Source of the DNA: Ophelia neglecta
Lineage: Eukaryota
DNA: 64,000 bases
Reading direction: 5' to 3'
NCBI GenBank assembly: GCA_965285935.1
Contig: OZ260662.1
Coordinates: 34,968,001 to 35,032,000 of the forward strand
The notes beneath the pieces were generated by a model that was given only the letters and a program-made list of their open reading frames with translations, did no database searches and had not been told where the DNA came from. This document shows, one piece after another, positions 1-13,329 of this stretch (position 1 is the first letter of the stretch; the number at the start of each line of letters is the position of its first letter). A program made the translations under genes and the position numbers.

Positions 1-530
1 GGTAGTTTTTAGTTGGCACAAAAGATAACGACCTTAACTAATTTTTGTTCGGGTCATGAATAAAGTTAAACTAGTTAACTTATTACCCAGTACTAGTTAA
101 CTTATTACATAGATTGTAGTAGGTTCTATTTGACCTCAATAATAATGCAGGTCATTCTTAAAGTTGGTGTCATATGACCTCAATAATAATGCAAAACGAT
201 GCTAACTAACTTTTTTTAGGTCATTAATAAAGTGAACTTATTAGGCTAGTAGGTTCCATAAGACCTCAATAATAATGCAAAACGACCTTAACTAATTTGT
301 TTTCAGGTCATTAATAAAGTTAACTAGTTAACTTATTACACAGTACTAGTTAACTTGTTACACAGATTGTAGTAGCTTCTATATAACCTCAATAATAAGG
401 CAGGTCATTAATAAAGTTGGTTCCATATGACCTCAAGAATAATGCAAAACCACCTTAACTAATTTTTTTTCTGGTCATTAATAAAGTTAACTAGTTAACT
501 TATTACACAGATTGTATATAGTTATTACAT
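1..530. repeat. Complex tandem repeat (satellite-like core)
   Basis: GACCTCAATAATAATGCA-like blocks at about 132, 176, 262, 385 and 429. ATAAAGTTAACTAGTTAACTTATTAC-like blocks at about 60, 314 and 481. Confidence 0.9.
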
Positions 531-586
531 GAATCATGACACAAAACTTCAAGCCAATATCATCTATACTTTGGAATATATGATAG

Positions 587-870
587 AAAATGTGTTTTTG
601 ACATAATTAATTAATTATTTTAACTAATTAATGATTATCAGAAATTCACCAGAATAAATACAGGTCTTCCTCTCAATAAGGTCTATGGCTGTGTCAAATT
701 AGAAAAAGATGTAACAAATATTTTTTGTGTTATTGCAGAAAATGCGTTTCTGACGTAATTAATTAATTGTTTTAACTAATTAATAATTAACCAGAATCTA
801 ATCAGTTCCTCCTCTCAATAAGGTCTATGGCTGTGTTGAATTTGAAAAAGATGTACGAAATGGTTTTTGA
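587..870. repeat. Two imperfect tandem copies of a ~150-bp unit
   Basis: GAAAATGYGTTTYTGACRTAATTAATTAATT...CCTCTCAATAAGGTCTATGGCTGTGT...GAAAAAGATGTA occurs twice. Confidence 0.9.
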
Positions 871-895
871 GTTATCGCGTTAACGACTAAAATGT

Positions 896-897
<2 letters not shown>

Positions 898-954
<57 letters not shown>
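898..954 (+). repeat. (GGC)19 microsatellite
   Basis: Perfect trinucleotide run, read directly. Confidence 0.98.
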
Positions 955-956
<2 letters not shown>

Positions 957-2329
957 TACTGAAAACATAATATCCGCATTTCGCGGATATAATTATCTAA
1001 GTGTCGAGTTTTTCCTCGTTATAGAAAGACGAATATCGAGTATAAAACTCGTTAGTTCGTGTTTAAATAAATATCGCGAGATTTTACTTTCTTTGCCCTT
1101 GTAACCTTTTAACACATACAAAATGCTTTTCCTAGTGACTGCTCTTATCTATTACAAATGTGTAAAAATAAAAACAATCCTTACCTTGGAGCATTATTGC
1201 CTGTGCATGGCAGTTTTATGCTACCGTACTTTCCATTTGAGGTGACTGATCAGAACAGAGTAACTTCTTAAAATTGTGTGTCCTACATACATTTCTTGGG
1301 AATTTCCAATCATTGCCTTGGTGTACAAAACCAAGGCCCAGACAGGGGTGAGGGCCTAGTTCATTAAGTATATTTTGCATCATCTACTTCATTCAAATTA
1401 TGGACGAATATATTCAATTAAAATTATATTATATAATACAATGAAATAAACTGTTCGTCATCGTCATTCCGAGATTATCTTCCTTCCCCTCCCTCCTCAG
1501 ACCAATCACATTTAACCCCCCCCCCCCTCCCTCCCCCTTTGTTCAGCGTTCAGTCATATATCTATATTTAATACCCACCAGTTTATGGGCAATGAACTAT
1601 TTAAACAGCTTGATATTAGATAGTTTTATACCTCCTTATAATGGGTACATGAGTAAGGTTGAATCGCTGTCTTATATGTATGAGGAGTCTGTTTGTAGAA
1701 ATAATTCAATGTTAGGGCCTGGGTCCTGAGGCGTCAGCTGTACACAAAGCCAAAATTACCAAGCCACCTCCTCCCAACCCCACCCCCACCCTCCACCCCA
1801 CACACAGACACAAACACCTCCCACCACCACCACCAAAACCCTTCACTGGTGTGGTGAATCATAGCGATGAACAAATGAACAATATTTCAGGCTTAAATCA
1901 CAGTGTGCCAGGTTGTTTAGGAGAAAAGTTTTAGTATCTAAAACAATTAGATGTCTCCGGTGGGAGAGTTAAGCGTTTAAATCGGGCTTTCCAGGCCATG
2001 TTGATGCGAGACATGGCAGATCAGAGGCTTAAATGGTCGTGGCTTGGGGCTTATCGCGGCTGCAGAGCGTCTATTTAGCCTGGCAATGGGACATTACTTC
2101 ACAAAAGAGCGCGTTGCGCATTTCGCCATGAAATTTTCATACGTCTGTTTGTTCAAGGCGGTCTCGACATCGATGGAAACTGAATGAAAACTTTGTTTTC
2201 CAACTTGAATGGGATCCACTCTCTTTGTAATGTATAAACATGATAAAGGGGTATCAATAGCCAAGCTTCCTTTTTAAGTATCTGGTACCATCAGACGGGG
2301 GATAAATAAAATATGTAGCATTGTCTCTC

Positions 2330-3315
2330 CTAGTTGCTCGTCTCGAGGGGCACATTAGGCCGGATTATGTATGTTGCCTCTATGTGAGGAATTCGATTTA
2401 GCTCATCATTTTTGCAATGGTAGTGAATAGCTGCATTGTTCACAGCTATTTCATCGGCAAAGACTGCAGACGGCGTCATTGTATCATGACTTGATTTACC
2501 ACCTATTGCTTTCATAGTTCGGATAGCATTCTGGACTACTGAGACAAAATCCGAAAATAAAACCTCACTGCTTATCGAGGTACAATTAACGACTTGAAAT
2601 TGGTTGCTGGGGGATAACACTTGAATCCAGGACATGAATGGTACAAGTCTGAGGTAACGGTACAGCCTCGACATTCGCAGCCTTTCCCATCTAGATAACC
2701 CACATCATCAGGAGTCCAGTGAAAGAAGGCACAACTCCCAGGAAACCATATGGAAATATAAGACAAAGTCTGAGGGAAAATATACATTAAAAAGTCAAAT
2801 GCTTATTCTCATTTATGGCAATTTGACTTATCCATTGCACGGTGAGTAGTTGAATTATTATACTGAACACCGCCAAATCTGTAGGAGATGGTAAGCGGTG
2901 GAAGGCGGGGGTAGGCGATGGTATTAATGGTACGCGGGCGTTATGCAGAGGCAGGCGATGGTATAAAGATGGTAGGCGGGGGTACAAAAATGGTAGGCGG
3001 TGGTAAGCGATAGTAAAAAGTGGTAGGTAGTGGGATGCGATGGTATAGTCAATGGTTGAAACAGTCGGTGGTGGGCGATGTTGAAATATGTCAGGCGGTG
3101 GTAAAAAGTGATAGGCCGCGGTAGGTGATGTTTAAGAATAGTAGGCGGTGGTAAAACATGGTAATCGGTGGTAGGCGATGGTGAAACAAGGTTATAGTTA
3201 ACACGATGGTCCAAGTCCTATTTGTCCATGTAAGAGTACCTAATGGCATCCATGGCTTAAGGATATGTTGTTTCCTACAACGTTGTATAGCAAGCATCTT
3301 TAGTTTGGCTTGCCT
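2330..3315 (-). pseudogene. Decayed Ig V+C2 exon interrupted by a minisatellite
   Basis: Putative phase-1 acceptor (..atacttag|, exon start 3315). Joined frames give YNVVGNNISLS..GTLTWTN, TPDDVGY, AANVEAVPLPQTCTI, VVNCTS and NNAAIHYHCKN..PHIEATYIIRP. Multiple frameshifts. Confidence 0.5.
2881..3190. repeat. Degenerate ~20-bp minisatellite (ATGGTAGGCGGTGGTAAAAA-like)
   Basis: GGTAGGCG(G/A)TGGT repeats about every 20 bp. Confidence 0.85.
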
Positions 3316-5967
3316 CTAAGTATCGGAGCGTACGCTGTACGCGCGAATAACCAAAAGTATATGGTACACCAACGATAACAATTACCTGTACGGCTCACTT
3401 TCAGTTACTTGACTTGGTTATTGCTGGGAATTGCTCAACATGCATTTTGGCCTACAGTACGTTATTGCACAGCTGTACACTGTACACCTGCTCCCATAAT
3501 GTTTGTTTGGCACCAATATACGTTCGTTTGCATGTAATATCACTCGGACCAATTAAGTTTAAAACTTTGTGCTTAATTGTCAATAAATAACTACCATAAA
3601 TATGTCCTAACATGTTAACAGCGCAATAAAGTTAACTGGAAAGTGAGTTGGGTGGGTAAACAAAGGCGGTTTAAACAAAATTTTAAAATGGCCTAGTTTT
3701 ATACTTTTAACATAAGTGAGTGCTTCATACGATATTATTTATGACTATACGACCCCGGGCCATCCCAAAGCCATGTTTGCGCTGTCTCTGGGTTAATGGT
3801 GGAGTGGCAGGTTGCTCAGGGCTTTGACCTGGTATCCACTCGTTATTTTATGGCCATTTGAGGGGCCAGCACTGTTTACACAGGTCAGAGACTCCCACTG
3901 CTGGCACTCTCTCAGCCGAGATAGGGTCGCCCCAATAGCTCTTTGAGGAGCCATGAGAGGCCAATAAAACCGACAGAAGTTGCTCTAAAATGGATAGATC
4001 AAGTCACCGCCATTTTGGACTTGTGTAATTGTTGTCGAAGGCGCGCCCTTTCGTGGCAAATCAATCGTCTGCCAGGCCACAACCCCTGTAAAGGAACCCT
4101 CTGATGAGAGCACATTCAACGTTATAATTGCTCGTGCTAATATTTGAATAAATCTGGACGGGCCCCATTCAGCCTTCTTCCAGTCCACTGAAAGGAACAA
4201 AATACCAGCTCGTTTCGTGCCAGCCAGCAGCACACTACTTGAGCATCGTGGCATGAATGTTTCTGCTGGGAAGCGATCGAGCAGCTTTTGTTCGCAGACA
4301 ATTGCAACTCTATGTGTGCAACCGTCCGTTAGTTCGTCTTTGTCACTGTGCTCCCAGCGTGCGTGTTTTAATAAAATTCTTTCACTTGTACATAGCTTGC
4401 ATTATATCATTTGATAATTTCGGCATTACCCCTGGTAATGCTCCTTTAAATGTGCCAATTGTGCTAATAGATAGCCAGAAAATCCAATGTTCTGCCACTT
4501 TGAGTTTTCCGCTGTCGGAATCAGGGCGGCATTGAGCGGCCTAGAAGTGCGTGCAGACGGTACATAAAGGGTAGGTTGAGGAACGCCAATGTCGTCTGCT
4601 TACACAAGTTCCTACCGCTTATCGATTATCTGGGACTTCCCCGAAGTTGCTCCCACGAGAATCACGTGTTGAACGCTTTGTCGCCAAGTTGGGCAAGATT
4701 ATGAGAGCGCACGCGGGGTCCTGATCGTGGATTTGTGATCTTTCATCATGTGTCGGTGAGAAAAATCAGATAGCAGCCACTTTTGCTGTTTGATTAGTGC
4801 AAATGACATCTGTTATTCACCTGACCTTTGTCTTTGGCTGGTCGTCTGAAACCTGACCACGTCATGATCGGTTAGAGAATCTTATGATCTGAACTTTCAA
4901 AGCAGTCAGTCAAACAGTCGAGGCATTGTTGTCGCCGTGGTTAGAGCCGGCATCTTCACGCACGGGCCTTTGGCTAAAATGACTTTTACACCTCATTAGT
5001 AAGTCACTAGTTTTGTTTTTAACATCGCATTATTTGAAGTATTTTTTTCAAATTATCATGAACAATTCTGGTTCTTGACAACAAAATTCATTTAGATCGG
5101 CATGATTAAGAACTTTAATTATTTCGTTTATTACACGTTCAAAATATATAATAAATATAATATATAATAAGAAAAAATATGTTCACCTATCTATATGTTA
5201 TATCTTCGGGAAAATATAAAACTATGCGCTCGATCGCAGCTTCCCGCATTTCTAGTCATTTTTATAATTCATTGCCTTGTTTGTCCATTAAATTAATAAT
5301 ATTACCGATCATTACTTATGGCCTTGGGTTTATTTGCAATAATATCACAAGACAGTTACTGTTTTATAAACTTTTTGTAAGTAGGACTTACTTTGATTCT
5401 AGACATATAGCCCTAGTGCATCATTTTTCATCCTACTGGGTATGATCTATTCTAGATAATTTCGTTCATTGCTGAAATTTTAAGCTGAAAATGGGTGCAC
5501 TATTTCTATTACACTAAGCAGGTCTCAGAAAATGTACCCATTATTATAGATTTACCAGAACCGCCCCCCTGGTAAATGTCCATTCTGTTACCATTGGGAC
5601 AGTACTGGGCCTAAATGTATGACGCTGCAATGAAATTAACATTAATAGTACAATTATGCCCAAAAGAATTTTTTCTTTAATGCTTGATTCTTTTTCAGAA
5701 TCCAGAGATTTCGCAAGTCGACCCACTTCAAGATCAGGTATGATTTTCGTTTAATCTGATTGCTTCATTTTAACCGATTATTGTACTCAGGCAATTTGCC
5801 CAACCCAATATGAAAAGGAACATGTTATATTTTGGTAGGCCTTTCGTTTCGGTAGTTGCATATAGGTTTGTGTCATTATATGCCATTAAGAACATGGTGA
5901 TGGATATGGTTACGTGTTTAAAGGCAGAAAAGTGCAAAGAAGGTTTAAATATAAATATATGAGAATG

Positions 5968-6248
5968 TTATTGTGACGGATATTGTAGAACTGTTTGAGT
6001 TGTGTTTAGCTTTATCTGAGCACCCAATAAGTGTCTGCCATCTCCCTTATCATTGCAGTGGTAACGGAGTGGACTGTATTGTTCAACTTCGTTACCTAAT
6101 GTGTCAAATGTATGATGTAATTCAGTGCAGGGGGACAAATTTATTAATTTAAGTATCACTAAATCCATGTCTTCAAAAGAGACCTTTTGTTATTTTGCCC
6201 CTCTTCCAAGATTTGGTCCAAGTCCGTTACATTCAATATGGCCACAGA
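5968..6248 (-). pseudogene. Decayed Ig-domain exon
   Basis: Acceptor ccttccag|, then ILNVTDLDQILEEGQN, later D/ADTYW/C across two 1-nt shifts, and VLQYPS. Confidence 0.3.
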
Positions 6249-7249
6249 CTGGAAGGTACCCGATTGTTAAGTTTCACTGGTGTTTGGCTGTATGAAAACT
6301 TAAAAGGCCGCTGCTATAACAATCAGCTAAAGTTAATGATACCTAGAAGAAAAATTTAAGTAATTTAATTTTTCCCATTAATGTTTTGCTTTCTCTTATT
6401 AAGAGAGTAAAGGAGTGAATATGTTCACCTGGCCTTTGTAAAAATCACTATGATAAATCTTGGCCTTCCCCGCAACCATAAATATGTGATGAGCAATTTC
6501 CTTGCAATAGATGTGCCTGCTCAGGGGCTGTGGTCTTATGAAATAACAAAGACCTCGTCATATGTCCTCCTAATGGTCACTTAAAGTAGTCGAGTTACAT
6601 AGTGGACAGAAATTACAGGGAAAAGCATGTGAGGCACTTTTCTGCAGAATATGCCATACATTTGAAAGATCATTGGCTTTAACTTGATAATATAGTTTCC
6701 AAATAAATACGACGAGTTAATTCACCATTGGAGTTTCAACAGTCAATAAGTGTCATGTATGCAACGCCCATATCATTGTGGCACAGTAAGCGATTAGATA
6801 AGGGCTATGCCATTGACAGGTACAGAAAGGGAAAAAGGCCTACAGGTAAAAATGTGCCAAAACATCGTATCGATGTTGTTGTTTTTAATTCAGTATCTTT
6901 TATTTTCTTTTTTTTTCTGGTAAAAATAAGTACAAAATCCTTATGGGCAAGGCAAGAAAAATGCAAAATGAAAATTGGTACAGTGTGTGGAATCATTTAA
7001 ACTATTTGAATATTGGAATCCAGGCATTTCTTCTTTCCTGCAATTTTTTTTTTCACCGGTCGTGCCATAATAACACTGGGGTCCCCTGCACTTTACAAGG
7101 AGGGGCTTAGAGTCCGGTATTATCGTTCATAGGCCTATTAATGAGGTTGTGCATATCAACTCTTAATCAATCACAAAACGAGTGAGACAATCATATTGAA
7201 CACACCAGTGGGCAGCGTTAATTTGATGCACTCAGCTATTCTCACTAGA

Positions 7250-7670
7250 CTGGCATATTCCAATATCTTATTCCATATCATATTCCAAAAGGATAAAGTT
7301 TGGTTCATTAATGGCATGTTTATTTACTTGGGCGGAACTGTAAAAAGTATTCCGAATTTGATAATTGCCCATATAAGGAGAGCATATTGTATATTTGCTA
7401 TTAAGGAGATCGATTATCGACGTATGACATGGACATGTGATAACTGTAATAGTGAAAACCATTTTAAACAACTTTTTAATTGAAACAAGGGAAAATTACA
7501 ACCGGAATTAAGCGATATTGGCCGGGAATATTTGGTATGACATTGAACAATAAATTTGAATCAGTGCAGGGCACATTGTAGACACAGCTACAAAATTAAC
7601 ATTTAGATTTTCGAAACGATATTTCAACTTTTTGATAGCTCAAATATGAACGTGCAGACCTATACTTAGT
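7250..7670 (+). pseudogene. Decayed Ig V(+C2) exon
   Basis: KVWFINGMFIYLGGTVKSIPN..AYCIFAIKEIDY..WTC, followed downstream by IWY..TATKLTFRFSK..TC. Confidence 0.4.
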
Positions 7671-7888
7671 CAGCAAATCTTAAATAAATTTACTTGAACT
7701 TTACGTACAGGGCACCGAATTATTTCATTTTGAATCATAGTTATAAATCATTGGGATCATTTAAACGTTAATTTTATAAAAGAAATTTTTATTTATCTAG
7801 CTTAGGTTAAAAATGTAATTCGGCCACAAACTTTTCAATGCCATAAATAATCTACATGTATGTGAAGTGAGTAATGACTAGGACCAAT

Positions 7889-8330
7889 TACCATATTGTT
7901 GCCAGATATATATTGACACAGTTACTCGGCTTTTGAGCTATTATCAATGTGGTTGTCAATACCCTCAACGCCAGTTGAACCTGTTTCATGTTTGCGATAG
8001 GGCATTTTTGTTGAAATTAATAAGAATAATACATCCTCAACTTCGAGTGATGATTATATATCTTGATATTAATAAAAGCTTGCACCTGTGAAGCATAATT
8101 TGCACGGAACAAAAGTAAAATTGATGCATTTACAATGTGAAATTACCTGACCCACTTTTTGCCAGCCACCTAATACGACATTGTGCTAGCAGCAAATTGT
8201 ATGATTCGTTGAAAAGAGACGCGTGTCGGGAGATGAAAAGGTGGTAAAAATTACCATGGCCATATTGTGATAAGCAGGAGCGATACCTTAAGGTGATATG
8301 AAAATCAGTCACGTCGTTTGATTATTCGAT
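7889..8330 (-). pseudogene. Decayed Ig-domain exon
   Basis: GNFYHLFIS..NESY..AKSGSGNFT, ending SNCVNIY..|gtaatt (possible donor). Confidence 0.3.
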
Positions 8331-8639
8331 TCTGTAAAGCCTCGCGTTAACAAAATGCAGACGGGTGGATAGAATGGCGGACAATACAAACGAGAGGCGG
8401 TTGATGAGTCGACTGTTCACAGGGACTAACCAACAATAGGACGGCGCATGCCGCCGCGGAAGGAGATGTGTCGTACATTGTCATAAATTCTTTTTACATA
8501 TTCAATCAATGTAGCGATCCCATTCAGCACCGGGGATTATCGCATCTTCGCTTTGTAGAGCACATTTCAAAAGAATCCCTTTCGCCATTCAATGAAATAA
8601 TGCTTCGGCAGCGAAATGATGGAACTGACATGAATGCGT

Positions 8640-9040
8640 TGAATAGTTGTGAAAAATGAATCATAATAATATGCCTTCCAGCGACAATTGGAAGCATTAT
8701 CCATCCTCTGCAGATATCGCTTGCATCATTTTCAGAGCCGTTACCGATTCAATGCTTTTCTTTCCTCGGCAATTTGGGCCCAGTGCCGACCTCCTAAATG
8801 TAGTGGCTTCACAATGGTTTCCACGTAGTAGCATGGAACCGGAGCGAAAGTCGTCTGCGCTATCTTCCCGCCTATTGTTCAGCTTGTAGCTCTTTGAAAA
8901 GCTCGCACTAAGCAACCTTGATAAAATGCCACCAAATAATGAATCTGTGACACTTGACAATAGCCAAATGTTATATTCCTTCTATATTGTGTCGGCGGAT
9001 ATAAAGCGCCCGTGATCTTCAAAACGCCACATAATACGCC
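8640..9040 (-). pseudogene. Decayed Ig-domain exon
   Basis: LKIT..PP..RRNITFGYCQVS / IWWH / KSYKLN..SADD..HCEA / AISAEDG. Confidence 0.3.
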
Positions 9041-9580
9041 AGTGAAATAAAACCGAGATTTGATACACAGAAGCTGCTGGGCTTCTCTGGCGTAACGCAA
9101 CTGCTCATAGGCATCTCTTGTTTAGTGGAAAAACGTGGCAACTGGCCTTAAGGAGGTGTTGCCTTTTGGGCATTTCTTACTGTTCAACTTTAACCCCCCC
9201 CCCTCGCCCCCACAGCTCTTTCTCCCTTGGAGACCAGCCACAGGTAAAATAAAATAAAGTGCACTTGCCAGTAAAGCATTAGATTGTGAATGAAATCCAA
9301 TAATTAAAATCCCCAAGGAAGTAAAAAAAAACCACACTCTTTCTTAAAAATGTCAAATCTTATAAAAGAATGGTCGCTATAAGTAAAATATAAGACAATG
9401 TGGCATGCAGTTATGCATGCATCATAACAGTACAGTGTACGGCCGAGAGGGGGCGTTATGCATAAAAATACTTACACAAACAAATGCCTTGGCCTAAAAC
9501 TGTCAACATCTCCTTGCTGTCAAGTTCGCAACTATGCCATGTCGACCTATTTAAGCTGAGATGCATAATATTATGTAGAG

Positions 9581-10079
9581 TTAACAGCTAGTGCCAGGCA
9601 TACTGACCCTTAAAGCAATTATATAACTACATGTGACATTGATTGATGGACAAATGAATGAGTCACTATAAGACAACTCCAAAACAGCACTCTTTGACTT
9701 TTGTCTTTGAACAATCGTTAATTGTGCAACATAAGTTGCATGCTTAACAAATACTTTGTCATTGTCAGCGAGTACATGCATTAAAGTCAAGCTTAATTGT
9801 TGCAACAATTTGATACATTTGATACCTTTCGGCAAAATAGAAACCACCCCAGGCTTAATAATTACCATGATGACAAATTAATTAATTTAAGGGACTCTAG
9901 GGTGAAATCTGACAAGAAAAGACTGCACCGTCATGTAACAAACATAAATTACGATTCCCACACATGTATCTGATGTTCTGGATGCGCTTTCTGTTCCCAC
10001 ATAAAGCTGGTTTTGCCCTTTCATCGTATAAGTTCCAATATAGTTTGATTGGCATATGCACACATTTCTCAAATGCCAT
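9581..10079 (-). pseudogene. Decayed Ig domains (C2-like then V/I-like)
   Basis: KCVHMPIKLYW..HDGAVFSCQIS (C2-type F-strand motif), then LSLTLMHVLADNDKVF..HAT..KSKSAVLELSY..PSI. Confidence 0.5.
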
Positions 10080-12632
10080 ATTTTGTTGGTAAGCTTATGT
10101 GTGTGGGTGTTGTGTTTGTGTGTATGGGTGCGTTATTTATATATATCATTGGTTAAGTCCACATAGTTCGTGTACAATGTTATTGAAATAAAATTATTTC
10201 CGACGAATAGGCCAATCAGATCGAAAAAATAATGTTTTTAGTCGACCCATGACTTAGAGCCTAGGCAGACATTTGTATTGGTGGGTGCAGAATATATCTT
10301 TATATAAATAAACACTTATTCGCTTATTAACAGCTAAAGCCTAATCTAAAGATTTATATTTCATCTCCGCCACAGAAGACTATTGAACAGGTGGGGAATA
10401 CATTATAAACAATGCCAATCTTTCGAATTCCCTTAAGCCGAAGCATCGGCATGTGAGCAAATGCGTGTTACTGGCTAGTAAACAGTAATTGTTCTTCTTA
10501 TCTAGGAGCAGGGCTCATATTATAGAATAATCATAGAAATCTTGGATAGGATTATTATAAACAAGTGATTGTTCTGTTGTTATTCCCCGTTTCACAAGTT
10601 TTCATCTCGGCGGCCATCATTGAGGTCTGCCACATGTTGGTGGCTCGCGTACCTGTTGGTATACGGCGGACAGGTGAGTAATATCATTAACCTGTTTGGT
10701 GTCAAACGTTCACGGCTGGAGACAAGCTTTTTTATTCTCTGGCAATGTGTGAAGTTACTTCCCGGTTCACTTGTCTTTGACACGCTGCTAGCGGGCTATG
10801 TCCGCAATGGCAAAAGGGGCAGCCAGGCATCCAGTTAAAACAAGCGTGTTTGGCGGGAGGCATTTGGCCTGAAGTGGGGCTTGATGAGTTCTGGGGAAAT
10901 GAACACGGAATTGCAACAATAGAGGGCGGGTGCTCGGGAACAATCGGAGCTGCTAGCACGGGAAGTGGCGATCTTTACCCGCTCTCTCCACGCCATTCAT
11001 CGCCACACACCCTCAGTCACGATCCAATAACGCTTCATCACCAGGAAATCAGGAATTTGACTATTATTTATTCACTCTCATATTATTTATGATAGTCCAT
11101 TGTAGAGGATTCCGTGTTCGCCTGAGAGCCGCTATTGAGACTGGCCGAAATAAATGTTGTGCCCGTCACTGGGCATTGTTCTAGCAAACAAAAGGAAAAA
11201 GAAAAAGTCGACAGTTATGGGCCTTCATAACGACATAGATTTCTTGTGTGATCCAATCTAGCTGTCGGACGGTATTGTCTCCTTTGCTCGGCCACAATAG
11301 AAAAATAACAAGCGAATACCAGCGTCTGATTCCCGACGATATAAGATAATTGCATGGCCATTATGGCTTTGCTAGTTTGTTGAAGAAAAGCAAGTTGTTT
11401 TCAAATTTATTTATGGAGATCATGGCGGGAATACTTATTGCATCACGGGGACTGGTCGTCTGACTCTGGCGAGGTGATAAAATCTTTGTTAGATCGGCTG
11501 TCGTCTGCCTGTCGTGGCAAAAGGGTGCCTATTTATTATTGAAACTCGCAATCAACGGCGACTTGATCCGAGCGGATATCTTGCAGGACAAAAGCCACAA
11601 CACAATGAAAGCTTCATGAAGGATTTTTGATGACTCAAATGAATGTACCAAGAAATCAGTCAGGCTGAATGTATGATTATTGTGAATAGGCAGTCTGTCC
11701 ACCACGCAGAGGCCTTGTCTCATACAATACCACAAGGTGGAGCCGAGGGGAAGTCTCTTTTCAGAGCTTGCTGAGTTGAAAATCAACTTCTCTTTATCCA
11801 TGTAAATGGGGCATAATCACGTGCACGCTTCGGATTCTAATAGACGACAAAATCTTATAACACCTAGACCCTATTTGATCTAAGCTTTGGTTGACCATCT
11901 AAGCGTCTTTCGCCCTACTGACAGCGTTTAGCTGAATTCAGACAAAAGCAGGTGTGTCACTCAATCCTGCATGTTAAGTAAAGGGTTAACTGCGAAAAAA
12001 AACATTGAATGTTAAGGCTAGGATTAACTGCGGAACAAAAAAATAAAAGTTTGTTAAGCGTTCCAAAATGGGATGTTGAAAGAAAAGAAAAACCACTGAG
12101 AAGGTATCAATTTAAGACACTTTTCATTGGATTTCCCCTATTTTTCCCGCGGTCAGGGGTTTATTTCCTTGTTCTCATCCATCTTAGCGCCTCCGCCATT
12201 TTCCCCTCCAAGTGCCAGTTTCACGGGTCGACTGCCTTCCTTTGCAATCACTACGCGAGTCATCTCGCCAAGTTTCTATGGAGGCTCTGGGGCGGCCAGC
12301 AGTTTCATCAATATCTAATTGACTGACAGTGTGAATGGCTTTCCCTGTTCCCGATTGAACTCCCTCACGTGTTTTGAGCTTGTTCATCGGCGCTTGAAGA
12401 GCAACTGATGTAACTGGCGCGTTAGATTCGGTTACAATACCGAGCGATGACATCGAAAGAATGGTGCTGACATGAAAAATGACCAATGTACCCGACTTGT
12501 TTAGCAAATATGGAGCTTGATATGCAACAAAGTGTGTTTTCTTTGTGCGTGTGCACTTTATGCTGCCTTCGCCATTTTCTGTCATAATAAAACTCATTTA
12601 GTGAGGAAGAAAGGGAGCTGAATTACCAGGCG

Positions 12633-12890
12633 TCACCCATCTATCCTTCTTAACACTTTACATTGAAGACATCCACTTAAGACCACGCTCACCCATGTAG
12701 CCTCTCCAGGAAAATTCTTAATTGACTTTCTTACTTGATTACAATCCGGTAGGTCTTTCACTGGAGCTAAAAGGTTTCTCTTCAAGTCTTTAGCATGTGC
12801 TGGCTTTGACTGAAAGTTCCAATTCTGACGAATGAAGAATCGGGTTTCACTTATTCCTGTTTGTAAAGAGATCAAAAGGGCGTTGCAAGC
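12633..12890 (-). pseudogene. Possible decayed Ig V-C2 junction
   Basis: LLAPVKDLPDC..FPGEATWVS resembles the L.V..P..P.C...G...L.C linker seen in other copies. Confidence 0.2.
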
Positions 12891-13329
12891 CGATGATATG
12901 ATGAATTAATTATGTTTGATTGCCACTCGAAAACTTACTTACGTGTAGGAGGTTTTTTTCATATGTGACAATCTCATATAGTAGTATTCCAAAACTCCAA
13001 TTCCCCTCACGCCTAAGGTCCCTCAATTGATAACCTAAGAAATAAACACCAAATGGTAACCATCCTATATATATAGATTGATAACCTATTTAGCCTGCTG
13101 CGTCTTTTTGTTAAATCTTGGTTTAATTAATCAAGAAAAAGGAAGCATAAGGCAGTATGTACTATTATAACGTGATTTAAGGAGATGTGAACTGATAGAT
13201 ATATAGGTTGAGGACTGAGAGTGAGTACGTCATATCAAATTTATTTTGGTAAATATCTATGCCTGGCTATGGACTATTGGTTTTTTAACTGTTAGTGACT
13301 AATATTGTGGTCTTAAACTCTTTAAACAA

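Larger units (their letters stand above)
1..993 (+). mobile_element. Probable non-autonomous Helentron-associated element (HINE/DINE-1-like), 5'-truncated by the window edge
   Basis: Order of parts: tandem core repeats (1-530; 587-870), (GGC)19 microsatellite (898-954), then a stem-loop ATATCCGC-ATTTC-GCGGATAT (970-990) ending in AT-rich sequence. This matches the known HINE layout. The 5' subTIR is not visible. Confidence 0.6.

Noticed and set aside
1-530. CRISPR-like repeat array
   Set aside because: No constant repeat with unique spacers, no cas genes, and a eukaryotic context.
892-1104. Poly-Gly ORF
   Set aside because: Produced by the (GGC)19 microsatellite inside a repeat element.
10569-11092. 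Overlapping GC-rich ORFs
   Set aside because: No recognisable family and too few Ig hallmarks to call.
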